From Parachlamydiales bacterium (GTDB lineage Bacteria > Chlamydiota > Chlamydiia > Chlamydiales > SM23-39), in the NCBI GenBank assembly GCA_015661075.1, contig JACVQJ010000007.1:72783-136782 (forward strand): a DNA stretch of 64,000 nucleotides, in the 5' to 3' direction. The notes below the pieces were generated by a model. That model was not told where the DNA came from. It worked only from the letters and a program-made list of their open reading frames with translations, and made no database searches. Position 1 is the stretch's first letter; the number at the start of each line of letters is the position of its first letter. Below, piece after piece: positions 43,465 through 52,944 of this stretch. The translations under genes and the position numbers were made by a program.

Positions 43465-44543
43465 AACTGACAATTTGCCTGAATATGATCGTAAAAAACG
43501 AGAGTGCGGTCATCGAACGATGCCTCGCCTCCGTCAGACCGATCATCGATTATTGGGTGATCATTGATACGGGCTCGACGGACGGAACGCAAGAAATCAT
43601 CTCGCGGGTTTTGTTGAGCGATGTACCCGGACGACTGGTGGAGCGGCCCTGGGTCGATTTTGCCCACAATCGCAATGAAGCCCTAACGTTGGCGCGAGGA
43701 AATGGAGATTATCTTTTTTTCATCGACGCCGACGAACAGCTGGAATTCGCGAACGACTTTTCTATGCCTTTGCTGGACAAAGACGCCTATTACATTGCCA
43801 CGCACCTTCCCAACCACGTCCAATTCTATCGAATGCTGCTCGTCAACAATCATCTTCCCTGGGCCTGGGAAGGGGTATTGCATGAAGCACTCTACAGTCC
43901 GGAATACGGGCGCACGGCGGCGATTTTACCTGGTATCGTGAATATCGCCAGATTTACCGACGGGCGCCGCAGCCGGGACGCCAAAAAATTTGAAAAAGAC
44001 GCAAAAGTTCTCGCTCAAGCTTTGCAAACAGATCCGATGAACAGCCGCTATGTCTTTTTTCTGGCCCAAAGCTATTTCCAGGCCGGGAAGTTTCGCAAAG
44101 CCCTGAAGACCTATTTCCAGAGAACAAGAATGGGCGGCTTCGACGAAGAGATCTACTTTTCCTATTACATGGCAGGACGATTGCAGGAAAAACTGCAAAT
44201 GGCTCCCGATCAATACCTATCGAGCTACCGGCAAGCTGCGCAGCTTCGGCCGATGCGCTCCGAACCGATTTACCGCATCGCCCATCACTTTGCGAGCCTG
44301 GAGCAATATGAAAAAGCCTTTGATCTCATCAAACCGGCTCTCAATCGGTCAATCCCAAGCGACAGCCTAAATGTAGAGCTCGATATCTATGAATTCGGAC
44401 TGGCCTATCTTTTTATCGACTGCGCGCAGCATCTCCAAAAAGAAAGAGAGGCGCAAGAAGCCTTACTGAGCCTGTCGCCGGAAAAACAGGCCTGGGCCAT
44501 CGAACACATCATTGAACGGAAGAGTAATGAAAAAAGGCGATGA
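43461..44543 (+). CDS. family 2 glycosyltransferase with C-terminal TPR-like region
   Basis: ICLNMIVKNESAVIERCLASV...IIDTGSTDGT...FFIDADE are GT-A/GT2 signatures. The helical-repeat C-terminal half includes FFLAQSYFQAGKFRKAL. Its ATG overlaps the upstream stop (ATGA). Confidence 0.75.
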   Translation: MKLTICLNMIVKNESAVIERCLASVRPIIDYWVIIDTGSTDGTQEIISRVLLSDVPGRLVERPWVDFAHNRNEALTLARGNGDYLFFIDADEQLEFANDFSMPLLDKDAYYIATHLPNHVQFYRMLLVNNHLPWAWEGVLHEALYSPEYGRTAAILPGIVNIARFTDGRRSRDAKKFEKDAKVLAQALQTDPMNSRYVFFLAQSYFQAGKFRKALKTYFQRTRMGGFDEEIYFSYYMAGRLQEKLQMAPDQYLSSYRQAAQLRPMRSEPIYRIAHHFASLEQYEKAFDLIKPALNRSIPSDSLNVELDIYEFGLAYLFIDCAQHLQKEREAQEALLSLSPEKQAWAIEHIIERKSNEKRR

Positions 44544-44651
44544 CAAATTATTTTGCGCCGTTTCCGCTGTAAAGTTTTTATTTTACGTATAGCTTATACA
44601 CATACTGTTATATAAATTTGAAGCGTTCAACAAACCAATACGGAGTTTTTT

Positions 44652-45077
44652 ATGGATTTAGGACCTGAACACACTGAAATTCCCGCATACGTCGACGAAC
44701 AGCACAGCAACTATTCTCGGCTTGAAAACCTCGCCCAATACAAAGGCTCGGACTATTCCAACGCCGTCCGGGTAGAAAGAGGCATCTCGCTTTCAGAAGC
44801 GTTCGAAATCGCCAACCAGGATCCGAATATTGACTATTTTGTCTATACCAAGGGAGGAATGATGGTTCTTGAGATTCCCTCCGATGTGGAATTCGATCCG
44901 GCCAAAGATCCGCTTCATTTAGTCACAGGCGGCAATTATATATTCGACGACGGACAACCCGGCACCGGTTATATGAGAGTCTTTGAATATGGCGACGTCG
45001 TGTTTTTCAAAAACGATGGCAAATGGCTCGGCACCGCGCCCGGCTTGGCCGATGTTTATGAGAAAATTGTAAGGTAA
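44652..45077 (+). CDS. hypothetical protein
   Basis: 141-aa ORF with an ACGGAG Shine-Dalgarno sequence and a strong terminator after it. No recognised motif. Confidence 0.5.
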   Translation: MDLGPEHTEIPAYVDEQHSNYSRLENLAQYKGSDYSNAVRVERGISLSEAFEIANQDPNIDYFVYTKGGMMVLEIPSDVEFDPAKDPLHLVTGGNYIFDDGQPGTGYMRVFEYGDVVFFKNDGKWLGTAPGLADVYEKIVR

Positions 45078-45087
45078 TTTGTGCGTT

Positions 45088-45113
45088 CCCGGCCTGCAAG
45101 GGCCGGGTTTTTC
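45088..45113 (+). terminator. rho-independent terminator
   Basis: cccggcc-tgcaag-ggccggg followed by tttttc. Confidence 0.75.
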
Positions 45114-45122
45114 TCCAGATTC

Positions 45123-45151
45123 TTGACAATCTCCGCCGACCCTGATAATCA
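45123..45151 (+). promoter_or_regulatory. candidate sigma70-type promoter for the small ORF
   Basis: TTGACA (45123-45128), then 15-17 nt, then gATAATca (45144-45151). Confidence 0.4.
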
Positions 45152-45165
45152 CACATACAGAAGCA

Positions 45166-45336
45166 ATGAATCAGGCCGAGGGGATGATCCGCAAACTTCC
45201 ATCCGGAAAATACCGTCTTTACTCTCGAAAATTAAATCCTCTGACCGGCCGGCGTCGGAATCTGGGTACTTTTTCCACACGCGCCGCTGCCATCCGGCAC
45301 GAGCGGGAAGTGCAGTTTTTTAAACGGCGCGGCTAA
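45166..45336 (+). CDS. small basic protein (56 aa), absent from the ORF track
   Basis: MNQAEGMIRKLPSGKYRLYSRKLNPLTGRRRNLGTFSTRAAAIRHEREVQFFKRRG. It lies between a terminator/promoter pair and the next gene. The GKYRLYSRK...RRNLGTFS...HEREVQ(F/Y)FK pattern resembles a small conserved bacterial protein I recall but cannot name. Confidence 0.55.
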   Translation: MNQAEGMIRKLPSGKYRLYSRKLNPLTGRRRNLGTFSTRAAAIRHEREVQFFKRRG

Positions 45337-45362
45337 AATATTTTACCAATGAGAGGACAAAC

Positions 45363-45701
45363 ATGAATACAAAGCAAATTTTCGGAATCTTCCTGACCCT
45401 GTGCGGGATCGCGATGATCGTTTTTTCGTTCTACATCAGCAGCCAGGTATCACAGGGTAGAGAAAGGGCCTCGTCTGCGCAAAGCACAGTCGATAGGGGA
45501 AATTGGCTTTTCGATAAAATCCCTGTCACCAAAGAAATCGGCCAGGGACTGACCGGATCGGCGCAAAAAAAAATCGATGAAGGCTATCAGCAAATCGCCT
45601 ATTACGAAGGAATGTCCCGCTATCTACTTTTGGGCGGAATCGGGATAGTCATCATTGGCGGCGCGATCGTCCTATTTTCCCGGAAGAAAATCGCGATGTG
45701 A
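45363..45701 (+). CDS. two-TM membrane protein (hypothetical)
   Basis: 112 aa with a GAGAGGA Shine-Dalgarno sequence. Hydrophobic segments lie at both ends (IFGIFLTLCGIAMIVFSFYI and LLLGGIGIVIIGGAIVLF). Confidence 0.6.
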   Translation: MNTKQIFGIFLTLCGIAMIVFSFYISSQVSQGRERASSAQSTVDRGNWLFDKIPVTKEIGQGLTGSAQKKIDEGYQQIAYYEGMSRYLLLGGIGIVIIGGAIVLFSRKKIAM

Positions 45702-45892
45702 GAGATATTCTTCCATGGGCAGCTGAACGAGAACGGGATGCTTCTTTTCATCGAGCCAGGAAACGATGTCTCCGATGTCCTTTTCCTGCATCGCTGTGCA
45801 TCCCGCGGTAGGAAAGCCCGGATCGCGCCAAATATGCATAAAAATAGCCGATCCCATCCCCGGTGCAGCGAAATCATTCGATCATGAATCAT
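45672..45892 (-). pseudogene. L,D-transpeptidase-fold (COG3786-like) protein remnant, truncated and frameshifted
   Basis: GSAIFMHIWRDPGFPTAGCTAMQEKDIGDIVSWL matches the GSAIFLH...PT(A/E)GC(V/I)A catalytic Cys region. The upstream part (MIHDRMISLHRG) is in another frame. Only about 70 codons of an expected 170 or so remain. Confidence 0.55.
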
Positions 45893-45964
45893 AGAAAAAA
45901 CCGACAGAATTTTCTCCTGCGAAAACTCTGGCCCAATTATGCTTTCTGCAAATGAGGTACAGAA

Positions 45965-47164
45965 ATGATTCAGACTCTGCTGAAGAACCGCAGCGTACAG
46001 GTTCTATTGACGGTGGCCCTCTATCTATCGATGGCTCCATTTTTACCGATGATCGTCCATCAAGGCCTCTACACGATCAGTCTGTTCATTAAAGATCTAT
46101 TGATCTGGATTTTGCCGCTTTCCGTCGGATTTTTTATCGCCCATGCGATTTCTTCTTTCGAGCGGCGCGCCCCCCTTTTCATTCTCGTGCTGTTTCTCTT
46201 TGAAGCCCTTTCCAATACGGCCAGCGTCTGGTATGCCTATGGCTGCGGCCAGATCGCGGCGGCCCACATGCCCTCAATCGAGCCGCATCCCTTTAGCAAT
46301 GCATTCGATTCTTTATGGCGATTGCCCAATCTGTTGCCTGCCTGGTGGTCGGCAGACAAAGGAACCTTTGCGGGAATCGCCTTCGGCCTGCTCGCTACAT
46401 TGAAGCTACCATCTGTGCGAAATGCGATTGCCCAGGGCAAAGAAACAGCCCAGTGGATACTGACGCGCGTCTTTTCACGCCTCATTCCCCTGTTCGTTCT
46501 CGGATTCATCGCAAGGATGTACAAGACGCAAATTCTGTCGAGGATGATGGCTGATTATTCGGATCTTTTAGGATGGCTTGTGATGATCATCACGGTTTAT
46601 ATCGCCCTGCTTTTTTTACTGGGAACAATCGGCTCGCCGCAAACTTTTTTCAATAGCGTTAAAAACCTTCTACCCGCTGCCGGCGTCTCGCTCAGCTCCA
46701 GCTGCAGCCTGTCGACAATGCCGTGGACCATCGAAGGAACGGCGAAAAATCTACAAAACCCCGATCTGGCGAAAGCAATCATCCCTGCCACGACCAACAT
46801 CCAGCAGATCGGCGATTGCATCGCCAACACCTTTCTATGCTTTTTGATCTACCGCCATTTCTATGGACATAGCCCCGATTTGTCGATCTGGGTCGCATTC
46901 AGTCTCGTCTTCGTTCTGGCCCGTTTCGCCACAGCAGCGGTTATCGGCGGCGCCATCTTCATCATGCTGCCTATCTACGAATCCTATCTCGGCTTCAATG
47001 CGGAAATGATCGCCATGATCCTGGCTTTCAACGTGATTCTCGATCCCTTGATCACCTGTTCCAATGTGGTGACCAACGGCGCATTATGCCGCATCTTCGA
47101 GAGGGCCTGGTTCTTTATTCTGCGGCGGCCAATCGCAGTAAACTTGGGTAAACCACAAACTTAA
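45965..47164 (+). CDS. dicarboxylate/amino acid:cation symporter family transporter (divergent)
   Basis: 399 aa and polytopic. SSSCSLSTMPWTIE and IPATTNIQQIGDCI correspond to the SSSAATLP and NMDG-region motifs of the DAACS family. Confidence 0.6.
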   Translation: MIQTLLKNRSVQVLLTVALYLSMAPFLPMIVHQGLYTISLFIKDLLIWILPLSVGFFIAHAISSFERRAPLFILVLFLFEALSNTASVWYAYGCGQIAAAHMPSIEPHPFSNAFDSLWRLPNLLPAWWSADKGTFAGIAFGLLATLKLPSVRNAIAQGKETAQWILTRVFSRLIPLFVLGFIARMYKTQILSRMMADYSDLLGWLVMIITVYIALLFLLGTIGSPQTFFNSVKNLLPAAGVSLSSSCSLSTMPWTIEGTAKNLQNPDLAKAIIPATTNIQQIGDCIANTFLCFLIYRHFYGHSPDLSIWVAFSLVFVLARFATAAVIGGAIFIMLPIYESYLGFNAEMIAMILAFNVILDPLITCSNVVTNGALCRIFERAWFFILRRPIAVNLGKPQT

Positions 47165-47208
47165 GCGATTAATACGGTTGCTATATTTTTACTACCACAG
47201 AGATAGAG

Positions 47209-47254
47209 ACCACAGAGAGGAAGATGTAACGTATTGTCTCTGTGGTTTTATTTT
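47209..47254 (+). terminator. rho-independent terminator
   Basis: accacagaga ... tctctgtggt (10-bp stem) followed by tttatttt. Confidence 0.6.
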
Positions 47255-47261
47255 ACAACGC

Positions 47262-48497
47262 CTAACGAATGTTTTTGCGATGGCGGTGATGAGGGGTTGT
47301 GCGGCTGCTCGATCTTCGCTGAAAGCTGCGGCCATTGGGAATCGCCTGGGCTTTGATGGAGGGATCGGGTTCATAACTCGGAACTACTTCTTTAGGCAAT
47401 GAGCTTTTCAAAAGGATTTCGATTTTTCTCAACAAATCCCGCTCATCGACACAGACCAAAGAAACAGCTTCACCCTCGCATCCGGCTCTGCCGGTGCGAC
47501 CAATGCGGTGCACATAATCTTCCGGGACGCTCGGGAGCTCAAAATTGACGACGTGCGGCAATTGATCGATGTCCAGACCGCGAGCGGCAATATCGGTTGC
47601 CACCAATACCCGTACCACTCCCCGTTTAAAATCCGCCAATGCTTTGGTGCGGGCCGCTTGTGTTTTATTGCCGTGAATCGCCGTGGCGCTAATGCCATCG
47701 TCTTCCAACTGCTGCGTCAGGCGGTTGGCGCCATGCTTGGTCCGTGTAAAGACAAGTACTTGCTTCCAGTTTTTCGAAGTGATCAGAAAGGACAGAAGTT
47801 CGCGCTTGCGCCGGTTGTCCACAGGATGAATGGTTTGTTTGATTTTAGTCACTGCCATGTTGCGCCGGCTGACTTCGATCAGCTGGGGCGATTTTAAAAA
47901 ACCGTCAGCGAGCTGTTTGATTTCATCAGAAAAAGTTGCGCAGAACATAAGACTTTGCCGATTTTTTGGCAGACGAGTAATGATTTTGCGGATGTCATTA
48001 ATAAAACCCATGTCGAGCATGCGGTCAGCTTCATCGAGAATCAAAATTTCAACTTTCGATAGATCGACAGCGCGCTGCGATACGAGATCCAGCAGCCGCC
48101 CCGGCGTCGCAACCAAAATGTCCACCCCATGGCGCAGAATTCTCATCTGAGAATTAATATTAACGCCCCCGAAAACGATCGTAGATTTGAAGGGCAGGTA
48201 TTTACCATAAGTGCGCACGCTTTCTTCGACTTGGGCAGCGAGCTCGCGCGTCGGCGTCAAAATCAAGGCGCGGACCGAATACTGACTGCGCTCTTTCGGG
48301 TTTTCCCTCAAACGCTGCAGCATTGGCAAAGTAAATCCGGCTGTTTTTCCTGTACCTGTTTGGGCGCTCACGAGCATGTCATGTCCTTTCAAAACAACAG
48401 GAATCGCCATTTGCTGGACAGGCGTTGGTTCAAGATATTCCTGTTCTTTAATCGCACGAAGGATTTCTTCTGACAAGCCAAAATCGTTAAATGACAT
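47262..48497 (-). CDS. DEAD-box ATP-dependent RNA helicase (RhlE/DeaD-like) with basic C-terminal tail
   Basis: Q-motif [14 protein letters not shown]...[20 protein letters not shown] and [10 protein letters not shown]. The start is set at MSFNDF. Confidence 0.9.
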   Translation of the reverse strand: MSFNDFGLSEEILRAIKEQEYLEPTPVQQMAIPVVLKGHDMLVSAQTGTGKTAGFTLPMLQRLRENPKERSQYSVRALILTPTRELAAQVEESVRTYGKYLPFKSTIVFGGVNINSQMRILRHGVDILVATPGRLLDLVSQRAVDLSKVEILILDEADRMLDMGFINDIRKIITRLPKNRQSLMFCATFSDEIKQLADGFLKSPQLIEVSRRNMAVTKIKQTIHPVDNRRKRELLSFLITSKNWKQVLVFTRTKHGANRLTQQLEDDGISATAIHGNKTQAARTKALADFKRGVVRVLVATDIAARGLDIDQLPHVVNFELPSVPEDYVHRIGRTGRAGCEGEAVSLVCVDERDLLRKIEILLKSSLPKEVVPSYEPDPSIKAQAIPNGRSFQRRSSSRTTPHHRHRKNIR

Positions 48498-48704
48498 ACA
48501 CCCTTTCAAGTAGTTGTAAAAATAAAAAATGCTCCTCTGATGCCTGGGAAAACCAGTCACGAGGAGCCGATGAACTAAATAAGCCACCCTGTGGAGCTCT
48601 CATCAGAGCTCCACAAAGATCACCGGTTGGGGAAAACTCATCCACAAGGGATAGCTCTGCTGAAAGCAGAGGCGAGCCGCCCCGTTTCCGTGTGGAAAGA
48701 CTTA

Positions 48705-48911
48705 CTACAGAATCGAAACTTCAGTCGCTTCCGGGCCTTTGCGTCCTGGACCTTCGATGAACTCGACTTTTTGTCCTTCGCGCAATGACTGAGCATCTCC
48801 TCTCACGTTGTTGATGTGAACAAAGAGATCCTTGCCACCGTTATCAGGTGTAATGAATCCAAAACCCTTTTGCGCGTTGAAAAACTTGATTGTACCTTTT
48901 GCTTTTGCCAC
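48705..48911 (-). CDS. cspA: cold-shock protein (CspA family)
   Basis: GTIKFFNAQKGFGFITPDNGGKDLFVHINN contains the RNP1 and RNP2 motifs. It has a GTG start with GAGGAAG upstream. Confidence 0.9.
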   Translation of the reverse strand: MAKAKGTIKFFNAQKGFGFITPDNGGKDLFVHINNVRGDAQSLREGQKVEFIEGPGRKGPEATEVSIL

Positions 48912-49156
48912 TGTAACTTCCTCATTTGTTTACCACTTCACCGAAAGTCTCTTAACTTTCAATTAATGGCTTGATATTACTTCTTTTAAAACCACACGAA
49001 AAACCGCTTCCGTGTGTTTCAAAGAACAACATTATAGACGATCGATTGATTTATTGCCCGTTTTCTTATCAATTCGAGAGAAAAACTCTGTTTTACTCCC
49101 GAATTTCAACCGATTTTCCCCCAAAACCCCCATGAAATAGCTGCGGAGGCAAGAAA

Positions 49157-49852
49157 TTATTTAATTTCATAAACCAGAGTAACATTGGCCTCGATCGACA
49201 CCTCTCCGGGCTCAATCGGCGGCGAAGCATCGCCCACTTTAGCCATACAGGGGAGATTGATCTGCGGCGACCTTACTTGTGTATGATTGAGCGTAATGGA
49301 GAGCACACGGATGAGCTGAACGCCTGTCGCACGGGCAATGGCCTGGGCATCGCTGATCGCGTTCGTCCCCGCAGCAGTTAATGCTTCGGTCCAATAATCT
49401 CTTGAATGGCGCAAGCCGAACCGGATGTCCGTGATGCTATTAGCCCCCGCCTGATTGGCCAGATCGATCACCTGTCCCGCCATATCGAGTTTTGGAGTAT
49501 GAATCAGAATGGAATTGGTCACCTCATAGCCATTGATGCTCGGTCTCCAATGGGGCGGCGGGTTCTGCGGATAGGGGGTATATGTCGGGTTAATAGAGAA
49601 CTGGCTCGTTTCGTAATCGTTTTTATCGAAACCGACCATCTCCAAACTGGCCAATATTTTCCTCATTTTACCGCTATTTTCCGCAAGAGCTCCTTCAGCC
49701 GTTTCGCCCAGAGTGATGACTCCGATTTTGAGCTGCAGTTCATCGGACGGCTTCCAAATGGTCGCCGATGCGCTCAAGTGGAGCTTGGGCACATCTTGTG
49801 CATAGATAGAACAAATGGTCAAAAATGATAACACGAGAAGTTTCAATTTCAT
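49157..49852 (-). CDS. SIMPL domain (DUF541, BP26-like) periplasmic protein
   Basis: Signal peptide plus a pattern (LHLSASATIWKPSDELQLKIGV...AEGALAENSGKMRKILASLEMVGFDKNDYETSQFSINP) typical of SIMPL/BP26 proteins. Confidence 0.75.
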   Translation of the reverse strand: MKLKLLVLSFLTICSIYAQDVPKLHLSASATIWKPSDELQLKIGVITLGETAEGALAENSGKMRKILASLEMVGFDKNDYETSQFSINPTYTPYPQNPPPHWRPSINGYEVTNSILIHTPKLDMAGQVIDLANQAGANSITDIRFGLRHSRDYWTEALTAAGTNAISDAQAIARATGVQLIRVLSITLNHTQVRSPQINLPCMAKVGDASPPIEPGEVSIEANVTLVYEIK

Positions 49853-49903
49853 TGATTTCCCCTTTTTTGGAAGAAAAAGGTTGCACGATGGGAGACTATT
49901 TTC

Positions 49904-51145
49904 TCAAAAAGAATCGACGAGCAGCATGACATTTAGAAGGATCACAATCCCCGCAATGGACCAGTTGATGAGATTGGACGCGTTGGAATTGGCATAGTTT
50001 CCCATGATTTTTTTGGATGAGGTTAAAATCAGCAGGGCGATGATCGTCCAGGGCAGCTGAACGCTCAAAGCGATCTGGCTCCAGATCAACCCCTGAAAAG
50101 GATCGCTGAGAAAAAATATCGCCAAAAGCCCGCCCGCCAAAGTGAGAATCACCCCGATCTTCGAATGAATGTCTTTAATGTTATAGGGCTCTTGAATTAC
50201 CCCCGCAAAGATGGATCCGCCAGCCAGCGCGGCTGTCACCGCGGAAGCGATTCCAGCGCAAAGAAGAGCAAATCCAAAGATATTGGCCGCCGCATGGCCG
50301 AGCAGCGGCTGGAGCGTTTCATGCGCCTGCGACAGTTCGGTCACCTCGATCCCCCGCGAATAAAATATCGCCGCAGCGGCGATGATCATCGCGCTGTTGA
50401 TCGCCCATCCGATGATCATGGCGAACATGGTATCGAAGAATTCATACTTAAGATGCTTTGGAACCACTGTTTCACCGGAAACGCTCCGGCGGCTTTGAAT
50501 AATTTCGGAGTGCAAAAACAGGTTGTGGGGCATAACGACAGCTCCCAGCACGCTGAGCAGAATGGGGATCGATCCAATCGGAAATGCGGGCTGAATCCAG
50601 CCTGTGAAAGTACTCGTCCACGAAATATCGATCAGTTGCAGCTCGTATAAGAAGCAGAGACCGATCAACGAAACAAACCCGATCATCCAACGCTCCAGTT
50701 TTTTGTAGCTGTTGGAAACGATCATGACAAAGACGAGCATCGTGACGAGAATCGATCCGGGAATCAGCGGAAAGCCAAAGAGCATATTCAGCCCGATCGC
50801 AGCACCAAGCAGCTCCGCCAGCGCCGTAGACATAGCGGCGATCATCGCGGTGATCATGAAAACAATACTGATCCATCGTTTGAAGTATTTCGCACTGGCC
50901 TCGGAAATGCATAGACCCGTGACGATCCCCAGGCGGGCTGCATTGCGCTGCAAAACGATCAGCATGACGGTTGATAGCGTGATCATCCATAACAGTGCGT
51001 AGCCAAACCTCGATCCGGCAGCCATATTCGCCGCCCAGTTGCCCGGGTCGATGAAGCCGATCGCGACCAAAAATCCCGGGCCGATGTACTTCAATATCTC
51101 CAGGCCCTCAAACCGGGGCGTATGTCTACGAAATCGTTCCCACAT
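49904..51145 (-). CDS. mntH: Nramp-family divalent metal (Mn2+/Fe2+) transporter
   Basis: GPGFLVAIGFIDPGNWAANMAAGSRFGYALLW is the Nramp signature (DPGN). Confidence 0.88.
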   Translation of the reverse strand: MWERFRRHTPRFEGLEILKYIGPGFLVAIGFIDPGNWAANMAAGSRFGYALLWMITLSTVMLIVLQRNAARLGIVTGLCISEASAKYFKRWISIVFMITAMIAAMSTALAELLGAAIGLNMLFGFPLIPGSILVTMLVFVMIVSNSYKKLERWMIGFVSLIGLCFLYELQLIDISWTSTFTGWIQPAFPIGSIPILLSVLGAVVMPHNLFLHSEIIQSRRSVSGETVVPKHLKYEFFDTMFAMIIGWAINSAMIIAAAAIFYSRGIEVTELSQAHETLQPLLGHAAANIFGFALLCAGIASAVTAALAGGSIFAGVIQEPYNIKDIHSKIGVILTLAGGLLAIFFLSDPFQGLIWSQIALSVQLPWTIIALLILTSSKKIMGNYANSNASNLINWSIAGIVILLNVMLLVDSF

Positions 51146-51267
51146 AGATGTTGAATCGCTTTCTTTTCACCTTACCGATCCGGCCGCTTTTTCGAAAGCA
51201 GAGAATCGCTTGCCCATTCGCTGGCAGACTGTTAATATTTCATTAATTTTTATAATAGAGTGCATTA

Positions 51268-52944
51268 ATGACTACTTGGACCCGACTCGTACGATGCTTG
51301 CTTCCTCCCCCCCAAACTATTCAATTGAAGCATGGACATTACGAAACCGATCCAGACCTCTCAACCATGCAAAAGGTGGTCTATTACACGAAGAATTTCT
51401 TTACCTTGATCGCCCTTCTGCTCGTTTCACCTTTGACTCTGATCTACGATTATTTCGCTCATAAGAAAATCACCGTCCATCAAAGAGAGCCTGACATCGC
51501 TCCCCCTCAACCCACGTGGCCGCCCGAATATCGAGGGTTTGCTTCATCCGGGCTCCAAACGTCGGGCCTCGGCACAAAATGGAGCGCAACTCCGCATCTT
51601 AAGGGGAAATGCGACTGGGACAAGTGGATGGACATCCCCGCTCATGTCATTCACGCTGAAGGCTTCGATTATAAAGACTTTTTTACCGACATTCTCTCCA
51701 ATCCGACGGCCTACATCAAAATGCTCAAGAGCCAAAATACCACCGCTCTTCGCTTCTCGTTAGAGTGGTCGGTCATCGAGCCGCAACCAGGAAAGATCGA
51801 CGAAAAGGCCGTCGCGCTCTATCGCACCTTTATCGATCAGCTCCTTGAAGCGAAGATCACCCCGTTTATCACTTTGTGCCATTTTGTCGTTCCTGAATGG
51901 TTCTATGAATCGGGCAATTTTCTAAAAACAGAAAATATCGATCGCTTCGTACAATTTGCATTGAGGGCGATGGAGCTGTTCCCCAAAGTCAAGGATTGGT
52001 GGTCATTCAATGAGATCGGGATCAAATCCTTCCAGCAAATGCGCGGGGTCTACCCCACCGACCTTCCCCAGGGAAGTTCGTTGTCCCGACGCGTCCATGC
52101 AGCGGGGATCTCCACAAGAAATATGCTGATGGCCCACTGTCGACTTCACCAAGCGGTGGCCAAACGCTTCCCTGACAGAAAAGTAGGCGTTACGCACCAG
52201 TGGCTGAAAATGGATACGGCCAAAGGAAACTGGCTGGAAAAGCTATCTGCATATTATGTCACCAAATTTTGCTTCACGCCGGTCTATCAATTCTTCAAAG
52301 AGGGGCGCTACTCGTTTGAATTTCCCTTCATGGCGAACATCCAGTTCGTGGTTCCCAAAGAGGAGTTCGAGGACAATAACCACTTCCTCATGCGGATCGG
52401 AGTACAAGCATACCCAATGCCCATGGTCAAGGTAGGCCTGACTCGCGGACAGACATATCCAGGAATTGAGGGAATTCGAAATCGCTTCTTCACGATGGGC
52501 GCCACCTGCGAACCTGGCGGAGTGCTCATGCGATTTGGTCCGCGCTGGAGAGCCTCCGGAATGGACGAAATCCTCGATGAAGCATTTGAGCTGAAAGCTC
52601 CAGTTTACATTACTGAATATGGTTCCGATGCCAAAATCCAGAAATGGGGCAATTCCAGATTCAAGATCGATGATGAGGCGCAAGCATACTATTTGCAGCA
52701 ACTCACCGAGCGAATTCGCGATTACAGCCTGCGAACCTCCCGGGAAATCAAGGGACTCTTTTGCTGGAGCGATCTTCGCCGCCAGTTGGAGTGGGAAAAC
52801 GGCCATGAGTGCAAATTGGGAATTGTCGAGCCGATTGTGAACGAAAAGAGGCAAATGATCGGCTGGACACCAACACCCGCCTCGAAGTATCTCGCCAATG
52901 CCTATCGCCCTGAAGAGGCATCTTCCTGCAGCTTGACGGCTTGA
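51268..52944 (+). CDS. glycoside hydrolase family 1-like enzyme with N-terminal membrane anchor
   Basis: ALRFSLEWSVIEP, WWSFNEIG (acid/base Glu at the NEP position) and VYITEYGSD (nucleophile Glu at the ITENG position). A TM segment FFTLIALLLVSPLTLIY is present. An alternative start at 51367 is possible. Confidence 0.7.
   Translation: MTTWTRLVRCLLPPPQTIQLKHGHYETDPDLSTMQKVVYYTKNFFTLIALLLVSPLTLIYDYFAHKKITVHQREPDIAPPQPTWPPEYRGFASSGLQTSGLGTKWSATPHLKGKCDWDKWMDIPAHVIHAEGFDYKDFFTDILSNPTAYIKMLKSQNTTALRFSLEWSVIEPQPGKIDEKAVALYRTFIDQLLEAKITPFITLCHFVVPEWFYESGNFLKTENIDRFVQFALRAMELFPKVKDWWSFNEIGIKSFQQMRGVYPTDLPQGSSLSRRVHAAGISTRNMLMAHCRLHQAVAKRFPDRKVGVTHQWLKMDTAKGNWLEKLSAYYVTKFCFTPVYQFFKEGRYSFEFPFMANIQFVVPKEEFEDNNHFLMRIGVQAYPMPMVKVGLTRGQTYPGIEGIRNRFFTMGATCEPGGVLMRFGPRWRASGMDEILDEAFELKAPVYITEYGSDAKIQKWGNSRFKIDDEAQAYYLQQLTERIRDYSLRTSREIKGLFCWSDLRRQLEWENGHECKLGIVEPIVNEKRQMIGWTPTPASKYLANAYRPEEASSCSLTA

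Noticed and set aside
48498-48704. SRP (4.5S) or 6S RNA in the structured cspA-helicase spacer
   Set aside because: The conserved SRP domain IV motif (GGAA..AGCA tetraloop region) is absent, and no 6S-like long bulged duplex is apparent. It is better explained as a UTR or terminator structure.
51146-51267. Manganese (yybP-ykoY) riboswitch or a MntR/Fur box upstream of mntH
   Set aside because: I could not recognise the conserved riboswitch core or a clear palindromic metalloregulator box. Only a small hairpin (gctttcgaaaaagc) is present.
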